A stretch of 64,000 nucleotides of DNA from NCBI GenBank assembly GCA_013239625.1, contig MU054323.1, forward strand, positions 16,806,029-16,870,028, read 5' to 3'. Under the pieces are notes generated by a model. The model made no database searches. It saw only the letters and a list, made by a program, of their open reading frames with translations, and had not been told where the DNA came from. The translations under genes and the position numbers were made by a program. The stretch comes from Lama guanicoe (Eukaryota). Position 1 is the first letter of the stretch. Each line of letters opens with the position of its first letter. Of the stretch, positions 41,373-53,157 are shown piece by piece.

Positions 41373-42199
41373 ACCCTAGGCAAGCAAGACAGTCTCTCAT
41401 TAACAAGTAGAGACACACCTACGGGGAGAGGAAAGGGACACCGGAAGGGCTGAGGCGGATGCGAGGGCTTGCTGGGGGCAGGGGTAGGTCTGAGGGCTCT
41501 CCTGTGGCGCAGGACAGACCCTGAATCCCAGAGTTGATGACGGGAGTGGTATCTCCCTAAGGAGACACCAAGATACTTCTTTCAGATGAGCAGTGAAGGC
41601 TGAGCCATAAGCTTAAAAAACATTCCTAAGAAATAACCCTTCAGCCTGGCATGATATTGCTGGAGCTGAGGGCCACCTGTTAGTGGCTGGACCAGGAGGC
41701 TTCCCAGGACTCTCTGCAGAGGTGGACTGGCTCTGCAGGGCTGGAAACCTATCAGACCAGCCGATAGCCAAGCTCACGATAGGCAAAAGTGCAAACGAGT
41801 CATATGAGCAAAGTGCCGAAACCAAGAGAAGGAGGCAAAGCCGACTTTGGGCCTGGCCAGTGGGATCATGGTAAGAAAAGATTCCTCATCCAGGGACTCA
41901 TCAGATGGTGTTTGTCATAAGACTATGAAACACTGTGGAACTTGTGGTTCCTGTGATTTGTCTGTCTCAGAGGAGCTAATGTTTATGGACTTTCTTCTGT
42001 AAGAGGCAGAATTATCAAGTTGGGTTGCCAGTTTTGAAAGTTCTCAAGTTTCTGGAAGAAACTTGACTGAAAAGAACTAGGCATCTCTGCATGGGTTTTA
42101 TTCTTAATCCCAGAGGCTGCTATAGCGCCAGGCTTTACAAACACCCAAAACCATGTTCCTTTTCAAATTCTCAGAAGTTGCAAGTGTTGGAAGAAATGA

Positions 42200-42445
42200 G
42201 CGTTTATGGAATAATGAACATGTGTCAGGCACTGAGCTGGGCCCTTTGATGAGACAGAAGGGAATTCAGTCCGTTCAGGGTCTCCAAAAAATTATTATAC
42301 CCATTTCACTGAAGAGAAAATGGAATTGTAAAACAAAATGAAATAGCTTGCCCAAAGCTCCACAGAAAAAAATGGAGCCAAACTGAGATTCCGAGCCATG
42401 TCGTCTGTCTGTCTCAAGCTCCTGATCTTTCCTTGGCACGTACTG
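42200..42445 (-). mobile_element. MIR SINE
   Basis: 'tgtgtcaggcactgagctggg...attattatacccatttcactgaagagaaaa...gcttgcccaaagctccacag'. Confidence 0.65.
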
Positions 42446-43009
42446 CCTCTCTGTGACGGGTTCTTCTCCAGGGTTTTGCATATTCCACGATCCTATTGCA
42501 GCATTTGGAACTTCCAAAACGATAGTAAATAACGGTCAATGGTAATAGCGGTCAAAGCTACTTGTTCCTGATTTGTAAATGGCTTCACTGTTTCATAGCT
42601 TGCTACAGTCATTATCAGGTTTAAAAAGCTTTATTCTATCCCTATTTTGCGTGGAATGTTTATTAGTAATTGCTGCTAGGTTTTATCAAATGGCTTTACT
42701 TTCGATTATTCTAATAATGCAGTTTTTTTCTCTTTTAGTCTTTTAGTCTAGTAGTAAATTTTTTGGATAAATTTCCAAATTTTAAACTACCTTTGCAAAC
42801 CTGCAATAAACTTGGACTTAATTTCCTTTCATTCTTTTTTATAACTTTCTACTAGATTGTGCTTACTAAATTTTGTTTAGCATTTTAGCTTTTACATTCA
42901 CAAGTAAAACTGTTTTCTGTTCTTCTTTTTCTATTTTTATCAAGTTTTAATATCAGTAATACTTGGGAGCTATTTCCTCCTGTTTCTCTGGCCTTAAGAT
43001 AGTTTAAAT

Positions 43010-43447
43010 AATAACCTGCCAGTTTCATGGATGCTGGTACAAAACTCCAGGATCCAGGACAAAAGATAGTTTATTACTCACAGCAGTAGTTAGGAGTGAG
43101 AGATCAGCATTTTGGTGCCGATTTCCTCAGGGCGTGTTGAGAGGACCAGGTGACACCTGCGCCTGCAGTGGTTGGATTACAGGAGAGAGCCCTGGGTTTA
43201 GGGAACCTGATGATTTAATAATGGGCACTAAACATACCTGCTGTTTGCTCCAGTGCGAGACATACTCTGTCTTCCAAGGTAGTAAGAAATCTGCCCTTTA
43301 TTCTGTAGGGAACCACTATCTCCACCTTCCATAGTCATTTACCATCCAGACATCCTTGAGAAGATGGCCCGGAACAAGGAGCCGTCAGTAGTTCACTCAC
43401 AGGTGTACACAAAGGTGAGAGACCCATGGGGAACGATTTCCTAACAA
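43010..43447 (-). mobile_element. Probable ERV LTR, reverse orientation
   Basis: About 430-bp block with 'tttattactcacagca' (reverse poly(A) signal region), ending 'ttcctaaca'. Family not identified. Confidence 0.5.
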
Positions 43448-46400
43448 TGGATGGCTGAGGCCCAAGTGACGAAATATTAGTACTTGTTCGCTCTTAGGCA
43501 GCGGCATATGAATGTTGTTACATTATTTTCTGTCTTTTTCTATAAAGTTTAAACTTTATAGAAAAAAAAAAGGAAAAGGAAGAACAAGGAATGGAATAGC
43601 TCTCTCAGGATTTGATGAGATTTCCAGCGGAACATGGTGACTTCCCTTTGGGGACACTATGCATTCCTGAATTGGATGGGTGGGGCAGGGTAGGGCCCTT
43701 CTAATTAAAAGAATCCTCAAAATTGAATGGTCAGCTCTGGATGGACGTCAGAGTTCCTTAGCTATTCCTACTTGTTACCTAGGCATTTCATTATATTCAT
43801 AGGTGATGCAGGCATAGATGATTGGAAATCAAACACACACACACACACACACAATTTCCAAACAACTCATGGATGAGATTATCCACGCTTCTTAAATCTC
43901 TTTAGTCTTTCCTTAATGAGCTCAGTGGGAGGGCTGTCATTTATGCTCCTAAAGTATTGGTGTATGAAAAACGTCCTGGGCCCAGGAAAGTCAGTGGTGA
44001 ACAAGATAAACATGGCCCCATCCCACAGAACTTACTATCTACTGGAGAAGATAAATAATTCAACAGAATAATAAGATGTGATTGGCTCTCAGATTCACTA
44101 GAAATTGATTTGGCCCCCTCCCCTTCCATAGCTGCTCACCCACTCGCTCTCTAGGGGGCTGTAGACAGTGCAAAATTAGTGCAGCTTTCCTGTGTTTGTC
44201 CCATAGAAAGTAATAGAACAGGAGGGCCAGGGAACCCATAGATGAATAAAAGATCCAGTAAGGTGCTGGTTGACAAAAGGTATCACTCAGGTACCTTTCC
44301 TCTTGTTCAGATTTTCCTTTTCATAGGAAATCCCAACGTCTTGCTTCATACATCAAACGAATACTGATTGCTTTAAAGCACCCAGAAAATCTAACAGAGC
44401 ATTAAATATTCAAAATTAGAATATTCTCTTGAGGTTCTTTGCCCAAATGGTCCTTTGCTCTCTTCTGCTCCGCTGATGCCATTCTTGTGGCCATAACAGC
44501 ATGCATTCGAAAATTTTCTCTTCATTTCTAAAATACTCTCTTATTCACTCCAAAAGGCTGAGGGAGTAGGGGAGGCTACTACTTCTGAAACAGGAATAAG
44601 ATTAGCTAATGAGAATGATGGTCTCTTTACTCATCCTCTCAGCAACAACCAAAACGCAGCTACAGTTCAATTTAAGCAAACCCCTACATGAAAATTCTGA
44701 TTTATAGAAAATATTCAATTAAACTAATATCAAATCCATTGAATAGTCCTTACTTTTGAAAGCATTCAGAGTAGAACTCCTTTATTTAGCAAGCTCCCCT
44801 CACAATGATTCCCCAAAAATATTTACTCTGAAAGAGAAAATGTACCTGCAGTTTGGCTTCTTCCCACATTTGATACCAGAGGTACCTAAAGTCAGACAAG
44901 CAATGAGCAAAATACAAAACCAGATGCTAGTTTCCTTCAAAAAGTGAGGTAACAGTTCTAACCTACCAGCTAAGATGCTAGGCTGCCGCGAATGATTCTG
45001 AAAGATAGACTTCATCTGCCCTCTGCTGTACCCCAGGCGAATGACAGGCCATCCTACGTTAGCAGCAGGAGATAAAGCCAAATTTGGCGTGCACCAGCAT
45101 CTCTCGCTAGAATATAAAAGCTATGCAAAGACTGTGCCTGTGGTTCACCACTGTCTCCCCAGCATAAAGCGTAGTCAGAATAGAGCAGGCAATCAATATG
45201 TGCCTAGTGAGTCAACATCCAGGGAAGGAAGTGAGCTTACAAACTGTCTGCATAGGCATTATACCAAGAGCATTAGGGGCCCAAGGAAAAAATGTTTTGC
45301 AATTCTCTGTTCATAAGTGTTTGCAATAAATCGGCGGCAACTGGGCATGCCTGATGTCCTCTCATAATTCCCCTGCATTAAACAAGATAATAAATTTGGA
45401 ATATTCAGATTTAATGATAAAGGCCAATTTTCTAAACGTTGCTTACTGCCAAGAAATCAGTGTTTGAGAGCTTAGGATCTAAAAGCCATGAGGTTAAAAA
45501 AAAAAAATACGATTGTCTCTGTCAATGGCAGAACCACTTGAGAGATCACAAAGTTCTGTCATCTTTCATCCCTTTCTCCAGAGACCCCTGCTGCTACCAG
45601 CCCTCCAGTGACTATCCGGGTGTCTCTCAGGCGCTGGTGAAGGCAAGGATGGGAATTATAGACACCATCTTTAGTTGGGGGCAGATTTATTGAGTATGAG
45701 AGAAGTCACAGTAGGGCTGAGATTTTGACATTTGATACACCTACATACCTAACCAGAAGCTTAGGCTTCTCAGGGAGTCAAAAAAAAAAAAAATCAGTGT
45801 ATGCAGAACAATTCTAAGTGATCTTTCTTGCTGAGAGTAGGTATACACCCAATTTTTCCATGACTACATTGTTTGCCATGTAAGTTTATTTGTCAGAAGG
45901 TTAAAAAAAATTAACTTATTTAAATAACAGGCCAAATGTCCACCATTCAGACCCCCTGACCAGAAAAAAAAAAGGTTATGGACAAGCTTCAGTAAGTAAT
46001 TATTAGACTATTGGCCAAATAGAGCCAGTAGATGGAGCCTTTAAGATAAGCGAAATTGAGTGCAAATTTCCTATGGTATCCGCTTCCCAAGTACCCTTCA
46101 CATATCTGGTTCTCACCAATCCTGTGGGAAGGAGAAAACTGTCATAAACAGTCAGAAACTGTTAGCAGAGATCCAAGGTCTAGTGCTCTCTCCTCAAAAC
46201 CCCATCTCCTCTCAGAAGGGTCAAAGAAACCATGTGATCATTAAAGAATTACTTAATGGCCTAGGAAAATGTCCGTATTATATTTTTAAAATATACATCA
46301 TGTACAGGGCAATTCTATTTTTGTGTAAAATAAAAATCGAGTATATTTTATGCATATATAGATGTGTCAGTAAGCACAGGAAAAGATCCCAATAATAGCA

Positions 46401-47819
46401 CACATACCAAAATAATGGTCACCTCTGAGGGATACAATCAGGACAGGAAGATTCTCACTCTTGCCTCATATTTATCTTTAATGTAGTATCATGAGTAATT
46501 TTCACCTTGGTTCAGTAGTAACAAATCTTTCCTCTACCTTTTAGTACTTTTCAGAGTGCAGCCAAGCCGAAGCTTTGAGTTAGGATCGTTATTCATCTGC
46601 GTCTGAAACTTCACACTGACGCAAACCCCTGAGGCGTGGAGTAGAATCCTGGGTCTGCAGGCCTGAGATCCCAAGATGCCTTTTGTGACAAAGTGGTTTC
46701 CTTCCACAAGACTGAAGTGCTCTCCTGAGCTACACAGAGGCTGTGATCGCCTCTCCTATGCGTTTTTCTACTCATCTTGAGGCACTTCTGACTGGGTCAA
46801 CTGCTAGCTTGAGCACTGAAGAACACAAGGACATAACAGCTGAACTGCACTGAAGTACATCAAGGGTAGGTCAATTCCTCAGCCTGAACTCCAGCAAACT
46901 GCAAATCTGGAGAATAAACTACTAAGATCTGATAGAAGACTGAGATAGGCAAGGTGGCACTTCAAAGTCCTAATGTAGTTGTTCGCCCAAAAACCAGGTG
47001 GAATATTCCCCAAAGTTAACCTCTGAGTTTTCAGACTGAATCTCTTGGTTAGTAAACCCTGGCCAAGTAAGATGGCCACCAGAAACAGCTGCCAGCTCTC
47101 CAAGCTGATCTGCACCTTCACCCCACAGCTAGGGCACAAGTCAATTCTGGTCCAAGTACAGGAAAGTGCAGGCCAGGAACAAAACTGCTGAAACCTGAAA
47201 GTGTGTGTAACAGACACAAGCAACCCACACGAGCAGAGCAGCAGCTAATCAGAAAGCTAAAAGGCTAAGCAACTGCTCAGAGACTTCCCGTTGAGGCCGT
47301 TTTGAGTATTTACACAGTGGACCACTAACAGCAACATCACAGTGTTTTCTGAAATTCTATAGTATTTTTAAATAAGTTCTTAACCAAGTTAAGACCCAAA
47401 CTTTTTTTTAAATCCCACAGTAGTGAAACAATGTAACTAACAACAGTAGCCCTCATACCTACAGCAAGGGTAAAGTAACCTGCCCAGTCCTGGCAGTGAA
47501 ATAACCAACGATGCCCAGCTTGGAGTTCTCTGAAAATATAAACCCTCACATGTAAAATTCTGCTATTTGGTTTCACAAACAGAGTATGTTCAGTGAAGGA
47601 AAGATGACTAGCCAGCTACATGAGAAACGCGTAAGGCATACTCAATAGCAGGGTCACTGATGACTGTTTCTTCCACAAAAGTAAATTATTTATGTCTTAA
47701 CTAGGAAGATACATTTGTTTGTCATTAAGTTTCTTTTTTAAAAACCTACCTTATTATACAGAGTACAAAAAAAATTTACCACAGAAAATATACTAACACC
47801 AAAGTTATTTCAGCCAACA

Positions 47820-49734
47820 GTTTTGAGTTTGTTTTTAATCCCTTTTATTGCTTCTTGCTTAACAATTTCAGAGTCTTCCAGCTGAAATCAAAGTACTGTC
47901 TTGAAATCCTTTATAGAACTGTATCTTCTTTTGGGAAAAACACTCTTTCCAACAAGAAATACTGAGAAATCCAATGGTCTAGATTTCACAACTCTTTTGT
48001 TAAAAAAAAAAAGTAAGCTATGTGTCTTTAATTTCAGAAGAACTGCTATTACACAACAAACTTTTTATTTTTTCATTCATAAAAACAGTCCACAGCACTC
48101 ATAAAACAAAGTGACAGAAGAAATAGAGACACTTTTCAGGTGGATTCTGTTTAAGAACAGATGAGTTGGTAGTAGTTTAATACAGATGGATTAACAAATA
48201 CAGCCCATATAAAAACAGGATTTGAAATGAGGAGGGAGAAGAGAGATCAACCAAAGTAAATTTAGAACTTTCGGGCATGCAAATCAACATCTCAATTCTT
48301 TTCACTTAACGACCAAACGAGGCGCTTGAATAGGTGTTCATAGAGAAGGCTGCAAAAGTACTGCAAAATGTGAGGCTTACATATACCACCAAAAAAAAAA
48401 AAGACAGATGAAAGAAATTAGTAAACCCCTCAGGCTAACCACAAGTTTTCCTAACAGAAGCAGACACAGAAAGTAACTTTTTACCAGCTTAGCTTCCAGG
48501 TACGATACCTCAGAGCTCTCACTTGGGTGTTTCCCGCTCATGTTCTTTTCAATATAAACAAATATGGTATAGGGGTAATAGAACACATATTCGAAGAATT
48601 CCTTAAAAAAGAATCACAAGTTCCATTTTATATATACAACAAATTTTTAATTATGTACTGAAAATAAATTACAGGAAATAACTTTAAAATGCAACAGAGG
48701 ACAAAGTCACGATAAACATTCCCATTGAATTCCCTTGGGGGGTGAGATTGCAGTGCTCAAGGAAGATAAATATCACAAATATATCAAAAACTTCAAATTG
48801 TCTATGCATTCACACACTGACATGAGCCACAAACATTCCTTCACAGGGACTGTACTCATTAGCCTACCACAGAACCAGATTTTGCCATAAACTACAAAAC
48901 TTTTAATACAAAATTGTATTTATATATTTATAATTCATATACATGCCCTATCTGTGATTTTAGAAAATAAAAGCTACACACTGTACAGACACTCTTAACT
49001 CATAGCTGTAGGCAACATTTTTGGATGGAATTTCTCCCCCAATAAAATTAATGGCGTATTTTATGTACATGAAGGCTAAACTGCATAAAGACAGTTCAGT
49101 TTCCCAGATATGCATCTCCTTTTAGGGCAGGTTTATAAATTTAAAAAGGCAAGACAAATGTACACCTCAGAATCACTTTCTTAGCTACAAGAGTTGTCAT
49201 GTAATTTCTGTGAAGTTTCTGACACATGCATTTATGTAATACTGGTATTAAAGGCAGTAAAGCAAATATATACTTTTAATGTCGTGGCTCAATAAAGGCT
49301 TCATTGTCATTCCAATCTGATTCTTGATACAGTGATTCATAATTTCTCTAACAATTAAAAATTTCAATGGGACACTGTGTTAAAGAGACTCTAAATAGAT
49401 TTCTTAAAATATTTCCCTGAAATATCCTTTTACATAAGACAAATTTCACCAACATTAGATTAAGTAAAAAGGAAAAAAAAAAAAAGAATTAAACATGGCA
49501 CAAGTTGTGCATGATAAACTTATGCTCCTCAGCCAATCGTCATGTCTTAGGAGCCATGAACAGAATGCTTAAAACCAACAAACAATTTCACACTCTGTGG
49601 CAGCCATCTGTGAAGCCAGTTATACTAAACTACTTCTACAGTTGATTGTAAACTTTGGTTTATTTTTATTTGAGTTCTCATTGTACAGCAAGCATGAAAA
49701 AGAGGGAGAGTGGAGTCCATGAGGAGATGAACTG
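47820..49734 (-). other. ATL2: ATL2 3' UTR (distal boundary approximate)
   Basis: AT-rich stretch after the stop codon with no recognisable repeat. Minus-strand AATAAA at 49665-49670, 49659-49664, 48064-48069 and 47844-47849; ATTAAA at 48646-48651. Confidence 0.65.
49659..49670 (-). terminator. Candidate proximal polyadenylation signal (tandem AATAAAAATAAA)
   Basis: Plus strand TTTATTTTTATT, about 65 nt downstream of the canonical ATL2 stop. Confidence 0.5.
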
Positions 49735-49854
49735 TCAGTCTGTCTTTAATCTGGCATGATGAGACACCTGGTCAGTCAGGCCTGCTTTGATAGAGTTTGT
49801 TACAGACTGCCTTATGTTTTCCTCCATCAAATTATCACCCAGGGGCTTCAATAC
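49735..49854 (-). CDS. ATL2: ATL2 canonical terminal coding segment (downstream acceptor)
   Basis: CCACAG acceptor; [39 protein letters not shown] then TGA, the canonical ATL2 C-terminus as I recall it. Confidence 0.96.
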
Positions 49855-50235
49855 CTGTGGTATGAGAAATGTGCAAAACAAATAAAAACATGAGGTAAAA
49901 AAAGAGTTACATATAAAAATAGATATAAAAATTCAATTCAAAACAATGAAGAAAATAACCAGGAATGTGGGAAATAAAAAGATGCTTCTCCCAAAAAAAG
50001 TTATGACGCTACAAATAATGCAGTTAGACATTTTATAATGCAACAAAAATGACTTTCCTCCTAGTCAAACCATTTACAATTCCTATGAGATGGATGTGCA
50101 ATTCCATACCCTATGTGCAGCATCAAATCTGGTATGTACACAGCATGTATGCAGACCGGCCCAGACGGTCCTGCTTAGTGTCCTACATGTGTAAGTGTGA
50201 ACACTTCAGATAGAGAAAAAAGTTAAAAATACTGT

Positions 50236-50343
50236 CTAATTTTTCTTCTTGTTATTGTTGGATGACAGTCTCTGTCGCTGTGCTGATGAAAGAGCACGAT
50301 GAACCATTCGACGTCTAGTAACTTCAAACAGTTTGGAAAACAC
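50236..50343 (-). CDS. ATL2: ATL2 alternative terminal coding segment (upstream acceptor, basic tail)
   Basis: GTTTTAG acceptor with branch-like CCTAAC ~20 nt upstream; VFSKLFEVTRRRMVHRALSSAQRQRLSSNNNKKKN then TAG. Confidence 0.92.
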   Translation of the reverse strand: MFSKLFEVTRRRMVHRALSSAQRQRLSSNNNKKKN

Positions 50344-50441
50344 CTAAAACATGGAGTGATTCGTTAGGAGAATGACTCAGAGTGCCCTGAAGTTAAAGAG
50401 TTTAAGACTACAACAATTTGAGACTTTTCTAGTTTTCTCAC

Positions 50442-50456
50442 CTTCCTGGGACTCCT
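50442..50456 (-). CDS. ATL2: ATL2 15-nt alternative microexon encoding RSPRK
   Basis: Minus strand reads TTTCTCTTTTCTTTTGCTTCAG|AGGAGTCCCAGGAAG|GTGAGA: long pyrimidine tract, strong donor, phase 0/0. Matches the RSPRK I recall from a human ATL2 isoform. Confidence 0.88.
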
Positions 50457-52008
50457 CTGAAGCAAAAGAAAAGAGAAATGCAGAAAAATTTAGACAAGGT
50501 TTGTTGACACAACACGGATCTTCTGACTACTTATCATCTTACCTCAGCTATACTGAAAATAATTTTACATACTTTAGATTCTTCCATTTAACTGTTTTGT
50601 AATAGTGGCACCTCTACAATCCTAGAATCAGTGCTGTGCAGGAGAAGACTGGAAGACACTGTACAATTACTGAAATTCGTGTTGCAGAAAATTAGTAATG
50701 GTCCAAAATTTTAAAGTAGATAATATTTTTTTAAAGTGAGGCTGTGATAACTTTTAATCCATGTTCTATCAGAAGGTATCAAAAGAATATGAAGAATGGT
50801 ATTTTTTAAAGATATAAAAATTTAAATTTAACAAATATCCAAACACAAGCTTCTAAATCAGATTTGAATAAATGGAGCATTTCTCTAAAGAACAAACATA
50901 AAATCCAAATGTAGTGGGTCACTGTATAAAATAGTAATGACATTATTATAAGAAAAGTCAATATCCAATCAACTTTCTTCAAAAAATGGTTTACTTCTTC
51001 AGTCTTGGAATTTGAAGCCAAAACCAACCTGGACCTACATATCCTAGATCTTCAAATAAGCCTAATACTTCACTGGCCCAGAAATGGTATCTGAAAACCC
51101 CTTTAATACTGCTCATTAGTAATAACTGTAGCTTTCATTCTGGTTCTTGACATGATGATCAAATATTTCATGACGATCATTTTAATGACAATATCCTTAA
51201 ATGGAATTTTCTCAACACAGGCAATTCCAGACAACAGTTGGCTGATATACAACAAGGCTTTCCTTAGTAGATACTTGTCAGGCCCAACTCTGAAATCTGG
51301 TTTGACATAAAAAATCATGATATGAACTCTGGTTGAGGCAACAAATTATGATTAAGAGAAGCTGGTTCCCTGTGGTACTTTGCTTTGTTCATTAGCATTT
51401 CCATAGTACAGAGGTCTAACAAAGTTTCTTTGATGTAAGAAATCCCTGTAAGGTCGTTCCTTGTGTACATCAGTAAATCACCGCTGTCTTCAAGGCAGGC
51501 AATGAAGACCTGAATACCATCCAGTATTTTTCCTGGAATATAAGGATGCATTGTTTCTTGCCAATATTAGTAAGAAACTTCTTTTGCTTTAGGAAAGCTT
51601 TCCTAAAGCAAAAGAAGTGCACTTCCAAACTTCTTTCCTTACCTTTGTAACTCTTGCACTAATTATATTTTCTTTTCTCAAAAAAAAAAAAATCCTTAAA
51701 GACTCTAGCCCTGACCATTTGTCTGGTATAATCAGGCCTATGACTAAGAATCTATCCAAAGGGTATTACAGATTTAAGTCGACCATAGCACACAGTAATT
51801 ATGACTTTAAGGGAAAAAAAAAAACCTCTTCAGTTCATACTTTCAAAGATTATATATCTAAACAAAATAGAAAACAGCCTTTTGACATTCCCCATATGAA
51901 GGAAAAGTAGGTGCGCAAATACTAGGGAGTGGAGATGGGAGACCGGGGAGGGGTGCAGAGTCACAGGGATGAGACTAGTCACTGAAAAATCACAAGACAG
52001 ATACCAAC

Positions 52009-52440
52009 CTGTTCCCATAGTGTTTCAGCAATCTGATCAATCATTGTTCCAATTTCTCTGAACTCCCCAGAGTATTTAACATATGCCCAAGTACAAAGAG
52101 ATGTCAGTGCTAATCCCATGACAAGGTTACACAAGACGGCTATAGAGTTTAGGCCAACGAAGCCAGTCAGTCCTGAGATTATATACATAGCAAACATGAC
52201 TGCAAACAGCGTAGCAGGGGTACGAGCAGCATAGAAGATATTTTTGCCATCATTGTGCTTTATAAAATTTGCATAGGTTTCTTCAATTTCAGCCTCAAGC
52301 TGGTCCTGGTAACGACGGCAGAATTCATCTCCACCCATTTTTTTCACAGAACGAAACTGTTTAATCGCCACATCCTTGAGATCCAGGTGTTTTCGCTCCA
52401 GATCTGAAGGTGCAATGTAAGGCTTGTCCCCACCACATAC
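52009..52440 (-). CDS. ATL2: Atlastin-2 coding exon (exon 12), three-helix bundle and two membrane segments
   Basis: 432 nt, [27 protein letters not shown]...[73 protein letters not shown]. Lies within ORF 51979..52572. Confidence 0.98.
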
Positions 52441-53085
52441 CTGTACAGACAGGATTACAGTAGGACAAATTACATGCTGGAAATAATTCCCACTGGAAGA
52501 AGTTTCCTGCTCATAGTTTTTAGTCTCAAACAAATCAAACCACCTACATGATTCAGTTTTAAATTTGTTCATAATACTTCACACATTATCATAACCTACT
52601 TATTTCTTACATGTTTAACTGACTCAGGAAAAATAAATTTTCCAAATTAGTTATATACCAATAAAGACCAAAAAATTACACTGCAATCTGTATCTCACTT
52701 CATTTGACCCATCAATACACCAAGAGTACAAAAGACTGCTGGCAAGAGAGTGGGTAAACGATAACACATAAAAAAGGACTTCAGTGTTTGAGTTAGCAAG
52801 CTTAGCACAGAAATTGCTATGAACCTAAAGCTAATGTTACTGACATCAGAAGCTACTAATAACAGCACTCTGAATCATGAGTCAGAAAATAATTCACTAC
52901 CTGTATCCTGCACTTTAACCATGTGAATAATTTTCTTAGTTTATTTCCAGCAGAGATGATAAAGGGAAATTAAGGAATTATGTAAAATGACAATGCATAA
53001 GGAGCACAAATTGGTTCACTTATTTTAAATATAAAAGTCTTCTTCTATCTCACTCTAGTGTCAAATTTAGAATTTAGTTACAAAC

Positions 53086-53157
53086 CTGCTCCATACTTTT
53101 GCAATAGATCTCTCTTGCTCCTGCTACTGCAGCAAGATTATTAGCTTCCGCTGTTGC
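53086..53157 (-). CDS. ATL2: Atlastin-2 coding exon (exon 11), start of three-helix bundle
   Basis: 72 nt, TAG/GTTTGT; ATAEANNLAAVAGAREIYCKSMEQ. Confidence 0.96.

Noticed and set aside
1663..42653. Window-wide enrichment of TNGCGTG (XRE) motifs; about eight seen by eye
   Set aside because: The count is not clearly above chance for a motif with 6 fixed bases over both strands. Only locally clustered cases were kept as weak findings.
1..47500. Dozens of 60-186 aa ORFs in the track (e.g. 3333..3761, 6499..6996, 13737..14297, 34177..34659)
   Set aside because: No recognisable domains and no consistent exon structure; many overlap LTR/LINE/L2 remnants or microsatellites. This is expected background in mammalian DNA.
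51636..51650. Strong donor-like AAG|GTAAGG in ATL2 intron 12
   Set aside because: I could not find a convincing upstream acceptor or pyrimidine tract to define an exon.
51979..52572. 197-aa ORF read as a standalone gene or third C-terminus (…[12 protein letters not shown])
   Set aside because: It is ATL2 exon 12 with intronic read-through on both sides; splice sites at 52440 and 52009 explain it.
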